A stretch of 64,000 bases of DNA from Felis catus. Taxonomy: Eukaryota. The stretch covers positions 158,846,001 to 158,910,000 of the forward strand of contig NC_058368.1 in assembly GCF_018350175.1 (NCBI RefSeq). Direction: 5' to 3'. The translations under genes and the position numbers were made by a program. Below the pieces are notes generated by a model. It was not told the DNA's origin and ran no database searches. It saw only the letters and a program-made list of their open reading frames with translations. This document shows, one piece after another, positions 62,651 to 64,000 of the stretch; within the stretch, counting starts at the first letter, position 1, and each line of letters begins with the position of its first letter.

Positions 62651-63089
62651 TGTGGTAAAGACTCTGTTCTCTTCCTGTGTTTATGAAGTAGAGCTATCCC
62701 ATCTTCAATGGTAGCTGGCCACATGGCTACCATGAAGACAGATGGCTAACTTCCCTTAGAACATGGTGGGTCCAGACTAAAGTCTGGCCAAGGGGAAATA
62801 ATCTTGCAGAAAGTGTCCTTAATGGGATAGGGCACCTTTCTCTCTGTCCTTTTCATCGTATTGAGTGGAATATGGACATGATGACTAACCTAGATCAACC
62901 ATCCTGGACCACAAGATAGAAGCAATAGGATAGAAGGAACCTGGAGTTCCCTGTGATTTTGGAACAGCTAATTGAGCTCTGGACTACCTAAGTTTTCATG
63001 AGACTGAAATAAATTTTCCATCTTCTTTATCATGTGGATATTTTGGGTTTTTTGTCACTCATAGTGAAATCTAATCCCAAACTGATACA
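62651..63089 (+). mobile_element. MaLR LTR (MLT1H-J-like)
   Basis: TGTGGTA start, CCATCCTGGACCA, AGAAGGAACCTGG, AAATAAA, end CTAATCCCAAACTGATACA. Confidence 0.75.
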
Positions 63090-64000
63090 GTCTATATTAC
63101 TTATTTGCTTCGTGTCTAAATGACTCTGAATTAACAACTAAGGTATATTAACATTTCTATTTTACAAGGAAAAACCTCCCAAGAGTCTTACTCTTTCTGA
63201 CATCTCTATTTTCTAATAGTGTTAATGTTGTGTTAACGATGTATTTTTTTGAGTTTAGGTTAAAAAATATTCTAGTTTTGTAATTACAGTGGCTATTTTT
63301 CATTGTTCTATAACTTATTTTGAGCTTCTAAATTCTAATATATTTTTAATTTACCTACAGATTTTTTTTTTTACCTACAGATTTCTTATTTTCTTCCATT
63401 ATGCTGCTGGTTCTTCTCTCCTTTTTGTCTTCACTTATTCCTTCTCCTTCTCCATTTACTTAGGAAAATTTTTGTCAATTTTAAGAGAATCCTTTTTAAA
63501 ACAGGTAAATAAAACAGTCTGGGCAAATACCTGGGGTGCTACCATTTCAGCGTTTTCATACACACCTTTGAGGACCCCCATTCTGCCCTGGCAGTGATCA
63601 TGGTGACAAGCATACAGAGCGGGCTCTTTTTAATTGAAGAGTGGCTGTTACCCATTCACTCCATTCCTAAGGATTAAGTCCTGAGTACTTTAACGGATAC
63701 TCCCTTTGGGTACAATTATTTATTAAACACTTTCAAGTGTTTTAGCAATACTAGATGTGCCTTGAACAAAGACCTCTGCCCTCTGTGTTTTTGAACACCT
63801 CAAAAAACAGTTCATTTGTTATTCAAGAAGAACAGAAAGGCAGAGAAAAGTAGTCTCTGAGCCTGAGCCAAACTCTGCCCTGTTGTATTTCCTCATCTTT
63901 TAACTTCAAAGACCTAGGGAAGGGTGGTTCCACATGGTGGACATTGTGCTTGGGTCAGTTTTAGTGCCATGTCTGAGACTTACTAGGGAAAGCCAAGAGC

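Noticed and set aside
1..64000. CRISPR array or other prokaryotic-type system
   Set aside because: The sequence is mammalian; the repeats are dispersed retroposons and microsatellites, with no repeat-spacer periodicity or operon structure

Overview
This is 64 kb of AT-rich mammalian genomic DNA, almost certainly from a felid, judged by the many tRNA-derived carnivore SINEs with feline SINEC_Fc-type sequence. I could not support any protein-coding exon, functional RNA gene, CpG island or CRISPR array, and the ORF track looks like repeat-derived or chance ORFs. The window reads as intronic or intergenic. It holds about 30 CanSINEs, L1/L2/MIR relics, solo LTRs, DNA-transposon relics, microsatellites and a decayed tRNA-Gly copy. 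I found no convincing new biological system. The most notable structures are a long fold-back palindrome inside an old L1 (about 1230-1521), a 375-bp local duplication with strongly polarised divergence (15183-15557 / 17807-18180), a short solo LTR with an intact stem-bulge-stem-loop just downstream of its TATA box, a probable L1 3' transduction, a micro-inversion in a SINE, close inverted SINE pairs, and repeat-poor motif-rich stretches that may be enhancers. Repeat subfamily names come from recalled consensus sequences, not a database search, and the boundaries of old repeats are approximate.
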